This document shows, one piece after another, positions 27,219-37,496 of a stretch of 64,000 nucleotides of DNA. Origin of the DNA: Ignavibacteria bacterium UBA2373 (lineage in GTDB: Bacteria > Bacteroidota > Ignavibacteria > Kapaibacteriales > UBA961); the NCBI GenBank assembly GCA_002344005.1, contig DDTD01000043.1:1746-65745 (forward strand), written 5' to 3'. Below the pieces are notes generated by a model, which was not told the DNA's origin, made no database searches, and was given only the letters and a program-made list of their open reading frames with translations. Within the stretch, counting starts at the first letter, position 1, and every line of letters begins with the position of its first letter. The translations under genes were made by a program, and so were the position numbers.

Positions 27219-30200
27219 ATAATGGTAATATGAGAACGGTAAACTCTTGGTTAATATTCATTGCTTTGTTTATAGTAAGCAATGGCATAGCTTATGGACA
27301 AAGTGATATAGAGAAAACATGGGAATTATTGGGAAAAAATAATTTCAAAGAGGCAGAGAAAGTTTGTAAAAAATATATATCTGTTAATCCGAACGATACA
27401 CGTGGTTATGTAACATTATCATTTATTTATGATATGTTGCATCGCAAACGCGATTCGTGGAATGCTTTTAAAAATGTATTGCGCACAGAAAAAGATCCGA
27501 TGCCGTATTTTTTCTCACAGTGGACGACGCAAAAAATATCGGGTCTTGGATTTGATACAACAACGGATGTGTGGCAAACCGTTGAAAAAATAGCATTGCA
27601 TGGTGATAAATCGGGCACTTTATCGGCGATGGCTCATCAAGTTCTTGCCGGATGGAATCAGCGCAGAAATAAATTAGCAAAAGCAAAAAAACATTATGAT
27701 GCGATTGGTGCGATAGAAGATTGGACAATAATCGGACCATTTGAAAATATCAGTTCATCGGGATTCAATGCAGTCTATCCACCTGAACAATCGTATGATA
27801 CGAGTGCTGTGTATGAAGGAAAAAACAGTGTGCCCGCACAATGGTTTTCTCCACCGGTAATTCGGTTTGATAAATGGGTAGATATGCAATCATATTTTCC
27901 TGATAAGCAGGTATTTCTTTATGCAAACACATTTGTATATTCTCCCACGAAACGTAGTGCATCATTACGAGTTGGCACATCCGGAGCTTTAAAAGTATTT
28001 TTGAATGATATAGAAGTAATTCGCGATTCCAATGAAATGAATAATGATTTTGATACATATATTGTCGAAACAGAACTTCAACAAGGATGGAATCGTTTAT
28101 GTGTTAAAGTGGGTTATGCAGAATTAGACCGTTGTAATTTTTTAGCGCGTTTTACGGATGAAAACGGTAAATCATTGTCGGGTGTGAAATACAGTAAATA
28201 TGCAAAATCTTATCCGAAAGGAGCAGTGCCTTCGGTGAAAAGAACGATAGAGAATTATGCCGAAGCATTTTTTAAACAAATGATAAAGCAAAACCCGACA
28301 CATTTAGAAAATTATTTTCTTCTTTCCGATTGTTATTTGCGTAATGATAAAGCCATCGAAGCAGAGTTAGTATTGCGTCAAGCGCAGAAATTATCCCCTG
28401 ATAATGGTTTAGTCTATAAATATTTTCTTGATGCCTATAGTCGTGGTCGCAAAAGAGATGAAGTAGTGACAACGTATGAGAAAATGTATGCACTTAATAA
28501 AAGTATGATTGAACCGGTGCTTTATAAATTTAATCAACACCTTGGTAATGAAGATTTTAATAAAGCTGAGGAGATGTTGGCTGTATTGGATACGATAATG
28601 CCGGAACGCGATGTGATGGATGGTTTACGTTTAGATTTGTACAGTAAGAAAAAACAATATGATAAAGTGATTGAACTTGGCAGAGAAGCGTATAAAAAAT
28701 ATCCTACAACTTGGCGTTTTGTATCATTGATGGCTGCAATAGATTATCAGACAACAAGAAGTTATGATGGCAGCATTGCCATATACGCAGACTACTGCAA
28801 ACGTGATTATAATGAAACCGGTTTAACAAATTTGGCAGAAACATATTTAAAAGCATCCAAGAAAAAGGAATGGGAGCAAACATTCAAGGAGTTACTTGTG
28901 TATTCGCCTTCCTCGCCGGGTTATTATTACAATATGGCAAATGTGTTTACTCAACAACAAGAATATTCGCGAGCAATTGAACAAGTAAACAAATCGCTTG
29001 AGTTTTGTCCGACATGTAATGCGTATTGGTCAAAATTGGCAGAAATTCAACGTTCACAAAAAAATATACAAGCATCAATTATCTCCTATAAAAAAGCATT
29101 GGATTATTTGCCGACCGATTATGATTCACGAGAAACATTACGCGAATTGCAAGGAAAAAAATCTATTTTTTCTGTGTTCGGTGAATCGAACAGAGACAGT
29201 TTGATACGTTCATCCGTCCAAGCTATGGACTTTCCGGAGGCAAATGCAGCAATTATTCTTGACAGGCACCTGCGTGTTTTTTACAAAGAGGGAGCATCGG
29301 AAACATCGCGTGAAACATTGGTTCGTTTATTTAATGAGCGGGGGATTGACGCTTTAAAAGAATATCGCATACCATTTAATTCTTTTTCACAAAGATTAAC
29401 TATTGAAAAAGCTATAACATTAAAACCTGATGGTACAGAAATTCGGGCAGATGTCAATAGAAACTTTATTGTTTTCAAATCTTTGGAAAAAAATGACTTT
29501 ATTTATTTGAAATGGAAAATCCGTGATTTTAATTCAGGAAAACTAACTAAACACTTTTGGGATGAATTTTATTTTAATGCCTATATGCCTGTTATCAATA
29601 GTGAATACGGGTTACTTATGCCGGAAAATGTAGAATTTAATGCTCAAAGTAGAAATGGCGCGCCACAACCGATACGTAAACCCACGGATGACGGTATTCT
29701 TTATACATGGAAAGTCAATAATGAGCAACCTATAGTATTTGAAGCAGGTATGCCCGGCAGAATCGAAGTTGGTAAAATGCTCCGAATATCCACAATACCT
29801 TCATGGGAATTTATGGTGGATTGGTACCGAGAATTAGCCCAAACAAAAACACAATCTTCGTATGAAATTAAAGAGCTGATACAGCAACTTATACCTAATC
29901 CCGACAAAGTATCAGATGAAGAAAAAATTCAAATAGTCTTTCGTTATATCACAGAAAATATTCGATACAGCAGCATTTCTTTCCGTCAATCAGGATTAGT
30001 TCCGCAAAAAGCACGTGATGTGTTGGTAGATAAAATTGGCGATTGCAAAGATGTTTCAACATTGGGCATTGCTTTGCTTCGTGAAGTTGGGATAAAAGCA
30101 CATTATGTGTTGGTGAATAGCGGTTCAGAAGATCGTATCGGCGATATACCGCCGTCCATAGAGTTTAACCATTGTATCGCCGCCGTTGAAAGAAATAATG

Positions 30201-30982
30201 AATATTATTTTTTAGATTTTACTGCATTTAATCATCCTGCGGGTGCTATGCCGGGAATGGATCGTTCCGCTTTTTCATTAATTATTAAAGAAGGTGAAAC
30301 AAAACCGATTTTACTTCCGCGCAGTCAAATGTACACCGCACCGACATTAACGGTTAGAAGTGTTGTGAGTTTGAGCCAAGACTTGAAAGCTGATTTTATG
30401 GAACAAGTTACTCTCACAGGAACAGCAACAGCAAATCTACGATTTCAATATCGGGGAAAACCAGCCAAAGAACGTGAGAAAAGTTTGCAATCAAGTTTAA
30501 GCGTAGAATATCCAAATGTGAAATTGACAGCATTGCAAATGTCCGATTTAGAACAATTAACACCTAAAGAGACTTATACATACGCTTATACAATCCCTAA
30601 TTTTCTTACGGAAGCAGGTTCATACCGATTATTAAAAATGCCATGGCAAAATGCTCTAAGTCCTGATAATTCTATGTCGTATGAAGCAAGACATTATCCG
30701 ATTCGTTCTATTAGCCCTGTTGATACAGTAGATGAAGAGGTGACTATATCCGTTCCGAATGGGTTTTCTTTGGTGGAATTACCTAAATCTAAAAATTTAA
30801 GCGTACCGTCCGCAGAGTATGCTGTTGTCTATCAATTTGACGGGAAATTTCTTCGAGCACGAAGAAGAATTATTTACAAGTCTTCATATATCGAAAAGAA
30901 TGATTATGAAGCATATAAAAAATTTTATACGACAATAGTAAAAGAAGATAAAAGAGTTGTCTTATTTAAAACAGAAGAATAA
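27215..30982 (+). CDS. large TPR-repeat protein with DUF3857 and transglutaminase-like cysteine-protease domains
   Basis: It has a signal peptide and TPR repeats in the N-terminal half. The transglutaminase core (DKIGDCKDVSTLGIALLREVGIKAHYVLV) is present, and the overall architecture matches the DUF3857/transglutaminase family. Confidence 0.7.
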   Translation: MNNGNMRTVNSWLIFIALFIVSNGIAYGQSDIEKTWELLGKNNFKEAEKVCKKYISVNPNDTRGYVTLSFIYDMLHRKRDSWNAFKNVLRTEKDPMPYFFSQWTTQKISGLGFDTTTDVWQTVEKIALHGDKSGTLSAMAHQVLAGWNQRRNKLAKAKKHYDAIGAIEDWTIIGPFENISSSGFNAVYPPEQSYDTSAVYEGKNSVPAQWFSPPVIRFDKWVDMQSYFPDKQVFLYANTFVYSPTKRSASLRVGTSGALKVFLNDIEVIRDSNEMNNDFDTYIVETELQQGWNRLCVKVGYAELDRCNFLARFTDENGKSLSGVKYSKYAKSYPKGAVPSVKRTIENYAEAFFKQMIKQNPTHLENYFLLSDCYLRNDKAIEAELVLRQAQKLSPDNGLVYKYFLDAYSRGRKRDEVVTTYEKMYALNKSMIEPVLYKFNQHLGNEDFNKAEEMLAVLDTIMPERDVMDGLRLDLYSKKKQYDKVIELGREAYKKYPTTWRFVSLMAAIDYQTTRSYDGSIAIYADYCKRDYNETGLTNLAETYLKASKKKEWEQTFKELLVYSPSSPGYYYNMANVFTQQQEYSRAIEQVNKSLEFCPTCNAYWSKLAEIQRSQKNIQASIISYKKALDYLPTDYDSRETLRELQGKKSIFSVFGESNRDSLIRSSVQAMDFPEANAAIILDRHLRVFYKEGASETSRETLVRLFNERGIDALKEYRIPFNSFSQRLTIEKAITLKPDGTEIRADVNRNFIVFKSLEKNDFIYLKWKIRDFNSGKLTKHFWDEFYFNAYMPVINSEYGLLMPENVEFNAQSRNGAPQPIRKPTDDGILYTWKVNNEQPIVFEAGMPGRIEVGKMLRISTIPSWEFMVDWYRELAQTKTQSSYEIKELIQQLIPNPDKVSDEEKIQIVFRYITENIRYSSISFRQSGLVPQKARDVLVDKIGDCKDVSTLGIALLREVGIKAHYVLVNSGSEDRIGDIPPSIEFNHCIAAVERNNEYYFLDFTAFNHPAGAMPGMDRSAFSLIIKEGETKPILLPRSQMYTAPTLTVRSVVSLSQDLKADFMEQVTLTGTATANLRFQYRGKPAKEREKSLQSSLSVEYPNVKLTALQMSDLEQLTPKETYTYAYTIPNFLTEAGSYRLLKMPWQNALSPDNSMSYEARHYPIRSISPVDTVDEEVTISVPNGFSLVELPKSKNLSVPSAEYAVVYQFDGKFLRARRRIIYKSSYIEKNDYEAYKKFYTTIVKEDKRVVLFKTEE

Positions 30983-30984
30983 TT

Positions 30985-31599
30985 ATGAAAATATCCGGTC
31001 TCATTTCAATAAAACGCCAAGTGATATTGGCATCGCAATCACCTCGTCGCCGACAATTGTTAACGCAAATCGGGCTTGAATTTAGTACACAACCCTCGAG
31101 CTTTGATGAAGATTCTATACAGGCAAATACTTCACCTGAAGAGTATGTTCAAAAATTAGCAATAGCCAAAGCTGCTGATATTGCTTCTCGGTTAAAAGAA
31201 AAACATTTAGTCATTGGAGCTGATACTACAGTAGTTCTGAATAATGAAATTTTGAACAAGCCCACAAATAAACAACAAGCTATCAAAATGTTGGAAAAGT
31301 TGAGCGGTAAAACACATACGGTATTTACAGGAATAGCTTTGGTTGCAGCACCGGAAGGCATCAAAATTTCGGCTGTTCAGAAAACAGACGTTACATTCAG
31401 AACATTACAACCAGATGAGATTAAGCTCTATGTCGAATCGGGTTCGCCGATGGACAAAGCCGGTGCTTATGGTATTCAAGATGATTTCGGAGCTGTTTTT
31501 GTTGAGCATATTAATGGTTGTTACTATAATATCGTTGGCTTGCCTTTGGAAATGCTGTATCGCAAGTTACGTGCATTGACGACTTTGCTCAATGATTAA
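30985..31599 (+). CDS. maf: Maf-like nucleoside triphosphate pyrophosphatase (septum formation protein)
   Basis: ILASQSPRRRQLL...GADTVV...KAGAYGIQD is present. Confidence 0.85.
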   Translation: MKISGLISIKRQVILASQSPRRRQLLTQIGLEFSTQPSSFDEDSIQANTSPEEYVQKLAIAKAADIASRLKEKHLVIGADTTVVLNNEILNKPTNKQQAIKMLEKLSGKTHTVFTGIALVAAPEGIKISAVQKTDVTFRTLQPDEIKLYVESGSPMDKAGAYGIQDDFGAVFVEHINGCYYNIVGLPLEMLYRKLRALTTLLND

Positions 31600-31752
31600 C
31601 ACATGGCTAAAGTACAACAAAGATATGTCAGATATTTTGCACAATTGTTGAATGAGATGCGCCAAAATATGGAAAAATGAGAAGAAATAACCAATTGGCA
31701 TGAAGATTGAAAGTGATTTTCAATAATGTCAAACTTTTAGGAAAGTAGGGTT

Positions 31753-32013
31753 ATGGACCCCGATAATTCGAGTCGGCAATTTATTATTAATGCCGTACCA
31801 TCTTTTGGCGATGTCTTAGGTAATGACATCAATATAATTGATTTACCAAATGACATATCAGTATCTGTGTATGAACAAATACACTCTAAGTTGTGTACTT
31901 TACCACTTCCACGTGCATCAGCATTCCGATGTACCATTGATGTTGATGGGGTAGTTCTTGATAAAATAGAGCACGCCTATCGTATGCAGCCGGCTATACA
32001 ATTATGTATGTAA
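31753..32013 (+). CDS. hypothetical small protein (86 aa)
   Basis: This is an isolated ORF with an AGGAAA ribosome-binding site. A terminator hairpin follows directly. I see no recognisable motif. Confidence 0.3.
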   Translation: MDPDNSSRQFIINAVPSFGDVLGNDINIIDLPNDISVSVYEQIHSKLCTLPLPRASAFRCTIDVDGVVLDKIEHAYRMQPAIQLCM

Positions 32014-32035
32014 ACACAAAACGAAGTAAATTTTT

Positions 32036-32068
32036 TGCCGTCAAAGTTATACTTTGGCGGCTTTTTTT
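32036..32068 (+). terminator. rho-independent terminator
   Basis: gccgtcaaag-ttatac-tttggcggc is followed by T9. Confidence 0.5.
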
Positions 32069-32101
32069 TGTTATTTTGGCTGCGAATTTTGGAAATTGAC
32101 A

Positions 32102-33520
32102 ATGCAGTATCCATCTCTTATAGGACATAGTGCCGAGCTATGTAGAATTATTAAGAAATCTTCTCAGCCGGCTGACGCTTTGGCATCTGATTATATGCGA
32201 AGTCGTAAGTATATAGGGAGTCACGATCGTCGTTTTATTTCTGAAGTGACATTTTTTGCATTAAGAGCTTTGTCGCTGTGTGAATATCTTTCTGCTACAC
32301 TATGGAAAGAATGCGGATACACAGGTGAAGACAATCCTGGATTATTCAACGATATTGGAAGTATATGTGTAGCTTTATTCTTGGGCAAGAGATTACATGC
32401 TTTTACCCATGAAGAGTTAGTGGATAATCTTCCCGAGAATATCGAAATACTTATTACCGTTTTTAGAGAAAAGCTCCAGATAACGGATGAACATATTGCA
32501 GAATTATGGTGTGAAAAGTATAAACAACATGAGCAAGAAGTACATAACATACTTTATGGTACATCAATAAATGACACATTGACTTCGACGGTGTTTTGTT
32601 TACCTGATTGGATTATTACTGCATTAATGAAGCGAGGGCATTCCTATCAAGAAATACGGGAATTGGCTAAATCTTTATTGTTCCCTGCACCATTGATTAT
32701 ACGTGTTAAAAAGCCATTAGAAAATAGAGATAAAGTTCAGAAAATTTTGGAAGTAAATAATGACATACATGCTGAGTTGTCTTCATTATCGCCAGCCGGA
32801 TTAGTGATTAAAAAAAGGGTGTCATTACAACAACTTCCCCTGTACAAAGAAGGCATGATTGAAGTACATGATGAAGGAAGTCAGTTAATTGGGTATGCTG
32901 TAAATCCGAAAGAGGGTGATATAGTTTTGGATGCTTGTGCCGGAGCCGGAGGAAAATCCTTGCATATTGCAGATTTACAAAATGATAATGGAGAAATACT
33001 TTCCACAGATATAGAATATAAAAGGTTAAAAGAAATATATATTCGAGCATCGCGAGCCGGATACTCTTCTATTCGTTCCATACTTTTACATAAGAAGAAA
33101 GAGAGTTCTGAATTAATAAAATATAAAAATAAATGTAATCTCGTATTAGTTGATGCACCTTGTTCAGGTATGGGGACAGTCAGAAGAATGCCAATGGCTA
33201 AATGGCGTACTACCCCAAAACTTCTTGAAAAATTATCAACGAATCAGCGTGCTATTCTATCACATAATGCTCAATATGTAAAAATTGGCGGATCAATTAT
33301 TTATGCAACTTGTTCAATTTTACCCCAAGAAAATGAAGAAGTTGTATTAGATTTTTTAAAAAATAATCCAAATTTTGAGCCGGATTTTTTATCAGATATT
33401 TTTGCTGAACACAATATAACTATTGATTCTTTAGACTCAACAGATTTCTTCTTAACACTTTATTCTTCAATACACAAAACAGATGGATTTTTTGTCGCAC
33501 GAATGAGGAGAGTACAATAA
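32102..33520 (+). CDS. rsmB: 16S rRNA m5C methyltransferase, RsmB/Sun (NOL1/NOP2) family
   Basis: SAM-binding motifs (DACAGAGGKSLHIA, VLVDAPCSGMGTVRR) are present. The ORF-track start at 32054 is a TTG inside the upstream terminator, so the ATG at 32102 is preferred. Confidence 0.8.
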   Translation: MQYPSLIGHSAELCRIIKKSSQPADALASDYMRSRKYIGSHDRRFISEVTFFALRALSLCEYLSATLWKECGYTGEDNPGLFNDIGSICVALFLGKRLHAFTHEELVDNLPENIEILITVFREKLQITDEHIAELWCEKYKQHEQEVHNILYGTSINDTLTSTVFCLPDWIITALMKRGHSYQEIRELAKSLLFPAPLIIRVKKPLENRDKVQKILEVNNDIHAELSSLSPAGLVIKKRVSLQQLPLYKEGMIEVHDEGSQLIGYAVNPKEGDIVLDACAGAGGKSLHIADLQNDNGEILSTDIEYKRLKEIYIRASRAGYSSIRSILLHKKKESSELIKYKNKCNLVLVDAPCSGMGTVRRMPMAKWRTTPKLLEKLSTNQRAILSHNAQYVKIGGSIIYATCSILPQENEEVVLDFLKNNPNFEPDFLSDIFAEHNITIDSLDSTDFFLTLYSSIHKTDGFFVARMRRVQ

Positions 33521-33521
33521 T

Positions 33522-35195
33522 ATGAATAATGTAGAATGGTTTGATTTTATTTCCGAAGTAACAGATGATATTATTACTCGACATACACTTGGCGGATTAT
33601 TTCTTCAAGTTTCGCGGAAAGCAATTACTTCGTTTGGTTATCCTTTAGAAGAAATTATTTCGCAGTCACCCTACTCCTTTATTCATGAAGATGATATAGC
33701 TGTTGTAAAAAACAATCATACTTTTCTTATCAATGAAAGGAAATCAGAATGGGTAAAGTATCGTTTAAAATGTAAAAATGGTGATTATCTGTCTCTTCAG
33801 TCTTATGGTAAATTAATCCATTCAACTTTAGATCCGCTTGGTTATGAAATAATACTATATACAAAGATTCTTGATGATGACGATTTTGAAAAGAATATAG
33901 GCGATGTGTTCCAAATGACAAGAATGTCAGGAGATGATGAAACTCTATCACAAAAGTATAAAAGTCAGAAAAAAAGAGCGGATAAATCTTTTCATCATCA
34001 TACACTACCAATTCCTTACAATACAGAAGAAGAAATACGAATTCTTTATCGTGCAATCAATAGCAGTACTAATGGAATAACGGTTGCGGATTGTCGTCAG
34101 CCGGATATGCCGCTCATGTATGTCAATCCTGCATTTGAAGTTATGACTGGATATGCTATTGAAGAAGTTGTTGGAAAAAATTGTCGGTTTTTACAAGGTA
34201 AAGATACAGATCAACCCTCATTGGAGATACTTCGTAGGGCAATGCTCATGGCAGAACCTGTTGTGGTTATACTAAGGAATTATAAAAAAGATGGTACATT
34301 GTTTTGGAATAAATTAGAACTTGCCCCCGTTCGCGATAGCGAAGGAGTGTTAACACATTATATTGGAATTGCAAGTGATATAAGTAGCGAAGTTATTTCT
34401 CGTAATCAGATTTCTGAGCTTAATTTGATGCTGGCGGAAACAAATGATCAATTACGCATAGAAAGAGACCGAGAAAGAGAGTATGCAAAATCATTAGAAA
34501 AAATTAATGAATTAAAAGATGATTTTGTTTCCAGTGTTTCCCACGAATTTAGAACTCCCCTGGCTTCTATTATTGGTTTCGCTCAGACACTACTCAAAGA
34601 TAATACAATATCTGAACAATTGAGAGAAAAATTTCTTCATATTATTTTTAATGATGGTAAACGTTTAGCGCGAATTGTCGAAGATATGCTTGATATTGCA
34701 AGGATTGAGAGTGGTAAATCAACTTTATTTAAAGAAACCCATGATATAGTAGCAATAGTCAAAGATGCTATGTCTGCTTTTACGTATGATAAAGAAAAAA
34801 ATACTAATCCCCTTATTTTTAAAACTAATTCTTCAATTATTGCTTTGGAATGTGACAGAGATAAGATCATTCAGGTATTGCTTAACTTATTGACGAATGC
34901 ACAGAAATTTTCTCCGCCGGATGAAGAGATAATTATAACACTTGCTGAAGAAGAGGAAATTGTTCATATAAAGATAAAAGATAATGGTATAGGAATTCAT
35001 ACCGATGATATACATCATGTTTTTGAAAAATTTTACAGAGTTAAACATCCGGGACAAGAAATTCGGGGTACAGGACTTGGACTGCCAATTGCAAAAAACC
35101 TTATTGAGTTACATGGTGGCACAATTTCTGTTGTTAGTACAATCGGTCATGGTTCGGAATTTATCGTAACTTTACCAAAAAGAGTACATGAGTAA
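33522..35195 (+). CDS. sensor histidine kinase (two PAS domains, HisKA and HATPase domains)
   Basis: A PAS signature (NGITVADCRQPDMPLMYVNPAFEVMTGY), an H-box (SVSHEFRTPL), and N, G1 and G2 boxes (GTGLGLPIAKNLIELHGG) are present. Confidence 0.85.
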   Translation: MNNVEWFDFISEVTDDIITRHTLGGLFLQVSRKAITSFGYPLEEIISQSPYSFIHEDDIAVVKNNHTFLINERKSEWVKYRLKCKNGDYLSLQSYGKLIHSTLDPLGYEIILYTKILDDDDFEKNIGDVFQMTRMSGDDETLSQKYKSQKKRADKSFHHHTLPIPYNTEEEIRILYRAINSSTNGITVADCRQPDMPLMYVNPAFEVMTGYAIEEVVGKNCRFLQGKDTDQPSLEILRRAMLMAEPVVVILRNYKKDGTLFWNKLELAPVRDSEGVLTHYIGIASDISSEVISRNQISELNLMLAETNDQLRIERDREREYAKSLEKINELKDDFVSSVSHEFRTPLASIIGFAQTLLKDNTISEQLREKFLHIIFNDGKRLARIVEDMLDIARIESGKSTLFKETHDIVAIVKDAMSAFTYDKEKNTNPLIFKTNSSIIALECDRDKIIQVLLNLLTNAQKFSPPDEEIIITLAEEEEIVHIKIKDNGIGIHTDDIHHVFEKFYRVKHPGQEIRGTGLGLPIAKNLIELHGGTISVVSTIGHGSEFIVTLPKRVHE

Positions 35196-35544
35196 GTCAA
35201 TACTACTTGTTGAAGATGAAGAAAGCATGCAAGTTTTACTTGATTATGTCCTTAAAAGTAATGGGTTTGTAGTTTCTTTAGCACAAAATGGCAGAGATGC
35301 TTTAGATTTACTGCAAACTACGGTGTTTGACCTTCTCTGTACAGATATCATGTTGCCTGAAGTTAATGGCATTGAAGTATGTGCTTATGCTCGTAAAAAT
35401 TATCCTCATTTGCCTATTATTGTTATATCATCAAAATCGCAGGAAAAAGAAATTGAAACAGCATTAAATGAGGGAGCAAATGATTATATTACCAAGCCAT
35501 TTGATGTGGATTATTTATTAAAAATCATTAAAAAATATTTATGA
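35188..35544 (+). CDS. single-domain response regulator (CheY-like receiver)
   Basis: A canonical acidic pocket (VEDEE), phospho-Asp (CTDIMLP) and conserved Lys (ITKPF) are present. It overlaps the kinase gene by 8 bp. Confidence 0.85.
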   Translation: MSKSILLVEDEESMQVLLDYVLKSNGFVVSLAQNGRDALDLLQTTVFDLLCTDIMLPEVNGIEVCAYARKNYPHLPIIVISSKSQEKEIETALNEGANDYITKPFDVDYLLKIIKKYL

Positions 35545-36902
35545 GTAAGTCAACTGTATTTATTTGTGAAGATGATGAAAATATAAATCTTCTTCTTTAT
35601 CATAATATCAGTCAATGGGGATATGAAGTTCATACCTATTTTGATGGCGAGAAAATTCTTACACAGATACAGAATAAACGACCTGATGTTATTATATTAG
35701 ATATTAACTTGCCTGTAAAAAGTGGTGTAACAGTGCTTGAAGAATCAAGAAAAATATATCCAAATCTACCCGTAATTATTGTTTCCGGTCAAGGCAAAGT
35801 GACAACGGCACTTGATGTGATGAGATTGGGTGCCTATGATTATCTCCCTAAACCGATTGATTTGGAAAGATTGGAGTTGCTGTTACGAAATGCAGCAAAG
35901 CAATCTGAGCTTTATGCAAAGATTGAAGAACTACGTTCCACAAGTTATGAGTTTCCATACAGTGATATTATTGCGAAATCGGAAGGAATGCGTAAAGTAT
36001 TCAGAATGATTTCTAAAATACATGACACGGATAATGCGGTGTTGCTTTATGGAGAAACAGGGGTAGGTAAAGAATTACTTGCTCGTGCAATTCATTATTA
36101 CGGTAAAAGAAAGGATGGTCCTTTTGTTGTTGTTAATTGTGCAGCAATCCCACGAGAATTACTTGAAAGTGAGTTCTTTGGTCACGAAAAAGGAGCATTT
36201 ACAGGTGCGTATCAAAGAAAAATCGGTAAATTTGAACAAGCTCATCAAGGAACAATTTTTCTTGATGAAGTAGGTGAAATGGATTTATCTCTCCAAGCAA
36301 AATTATTGCGATTATTACAAACTAAAACATTTGAACGAATTGGTGGAAATGAAACAATTTCTGTAGATACTCGCATCGTATCGGCAACGAATAAAAACCT
36401 TCAAGAAGAAATTAAACACAGGTTGTTTCGTGAGGATTTATATTTCCGTTTGTCATCATTTCCGATAACTATACCACCGCTCCGTGAAAGAAAAACGGAT
36501 GTCTTACTTCTTGCAGAAGAGTTTTTGACACGGTTTACCAAACGATACGGGAAAAGTATAAATTCCTTTAGCAGAAAAGCGCTGGCAGCTTTGTTGAAAT
36601 ACTCTTTTCCGGGAAATGTTCGTGAGTTAGAAAACTTAGTTGAACATGCTGTAATTATGTGTGACACTTCTATGATTGAACTTGATGATTTACCTGACGC
36701 TGTTCGCATTGATGTAGAAAGTAATTATAGACAGGACACTATGATTGAATCAGAAATTTTACCTTTAGATTTTGTCAAAAAGCAAGCAATATCTCAAGCT
36801 CTTCATATCACAGAGGGAAATCTGGTTGAAACAGCTCATAGATTACAGATAGGTCGTTCCACTCTCTATAGACTAATGGAAAAGTATGGGATTAGTGTCT
36901 GA
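35541..36902 (+). CDS. sigma-54-dependent transcriptional activator, NtrC family (receiver, AAA+ and HTH domains)
   Basis: A receiver domain (ILDINLP), a Walker A motif (GETGVGKE), the GAFTGA motif and a C-terminal Fis-type helix-turn-helix (HTH) are present. Confidence 0.9.
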   Translation: MSKSTVFICEDDENINLLLYHNISQWGYEVHTYFDGEKILTQIQNKRPDVIILDINLPVKSGVTVLEESRKIYPNLPVIIVSGQGKVTTALDVMRLGAYDYLPKPIDLERLELLLRNAAKQSELYAKIEELRSTSYEFPYSDIIAKSEGMRKVFRMISKIHDTDNAVLLYGETGVGKELLARAIHYYGKRKDGPFVVVNCAAIPRELLESEFFGHEKGAFTGAYQRKIGKFEQAHQGTIFLDEVGEMDLSLQAKLLRLLQTKTFERIGGNETISVDTRIVSATNKNLQEEIKHRLFREDLYFRLSSFPITIPPLRERKTDVLLLAEEFLTRFTKRYGKSINSFSRKALAALLKYSFPGNVRELENLVEHAVIMCDTSMIELDDLPDAVRIDVESNYRQDTMIESEILPLDFVKKQAISQALHITEGNLVETAHRLQIGRSTLYRLMEKYGISV

Positions 36903-37036
36903 TATTGATTCATTACGATACATAATCCCATTATGATACATATAACTTAATTTGAAAACGTGTTTGTTCGATTTAGTTATCAGATTGAAAATAATTAAGT
37001 TATGCAAGAATATTGTTTTTGGTACGCACTTTGTAA

Positions 37037-37052
37037 TATGTAAGATGTACTT
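37037..37052 (+). promoter_or_regulatory. candidate sigma-54 (-24/-12) promoter
   Basis: TGGTACGCACTTTGTA compared with the consensus TGGCACG-N4-TTGCA: the GG and TTG positions and the spacing match. It lies about 30 bp upstream of the 37080 start. Confidence 0.4.
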
Positions 37053-37079
37053 TGACAACTAAGAATAAATGATACCGTT

Positions 37080-37481
37080 ATGAAGCACAAAAAGTTAAAA
37101 GTGCTTGTTGTTGATCGACATGCAACAATGCAACTCTTAGTGCGGCATCAATTAGAGAAAAGTGGATATGAAGTTATTATAGCTGAAACAAAAGAGCAAG
37201 CTGCTTCAGCCATTTTATCCGGAGAGGTTCTTTGTATTGTCGGAAGTTACAATCATGAAGAATATGGATGTTTAGCACTCAGTCGAAAATTACATTGCGA
37301 ACCTTACAATCTTGATGTTCCATGTGTATTTTACTCAACTATTGATAAAGAAATGGTAAATTTGCAAAACTCAAAAGTTGAGTATTATCTGCAAATGCCA
37401 TTTTCAATGGATCAATTCAACTCGGTTATCAAACAGGTTGAGTCAAAATTTCAAGTAGAGACACTTCGGAACTTCGAATAG
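37080..37481 (+). CDS. receiver-like protein with a degenerate active site (pseudo-receiver)
   Basis: It has the receiver-domain fold signature (KVLVVDRH...), but the phospho-acceptor position reads LCIVGSYN with no Asp, and the conserved Lys is replaced (YYLQMPF). Confidence 0.55.
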   Translation: MKHKKLKVLVVDRHATMQLLVRHQLEKSGYEVIIAETKEQAASAILSGEVLCIVGSYNHEEYGCLALSRKLHCEPYNLDVPCVFYSTIDKEMVNLQNSKVEYYLQMPFSMDQFNSVIKQVESKFQVETLRNFE

Positions 37482-37496
37482 AAATAATAAAGAAAT

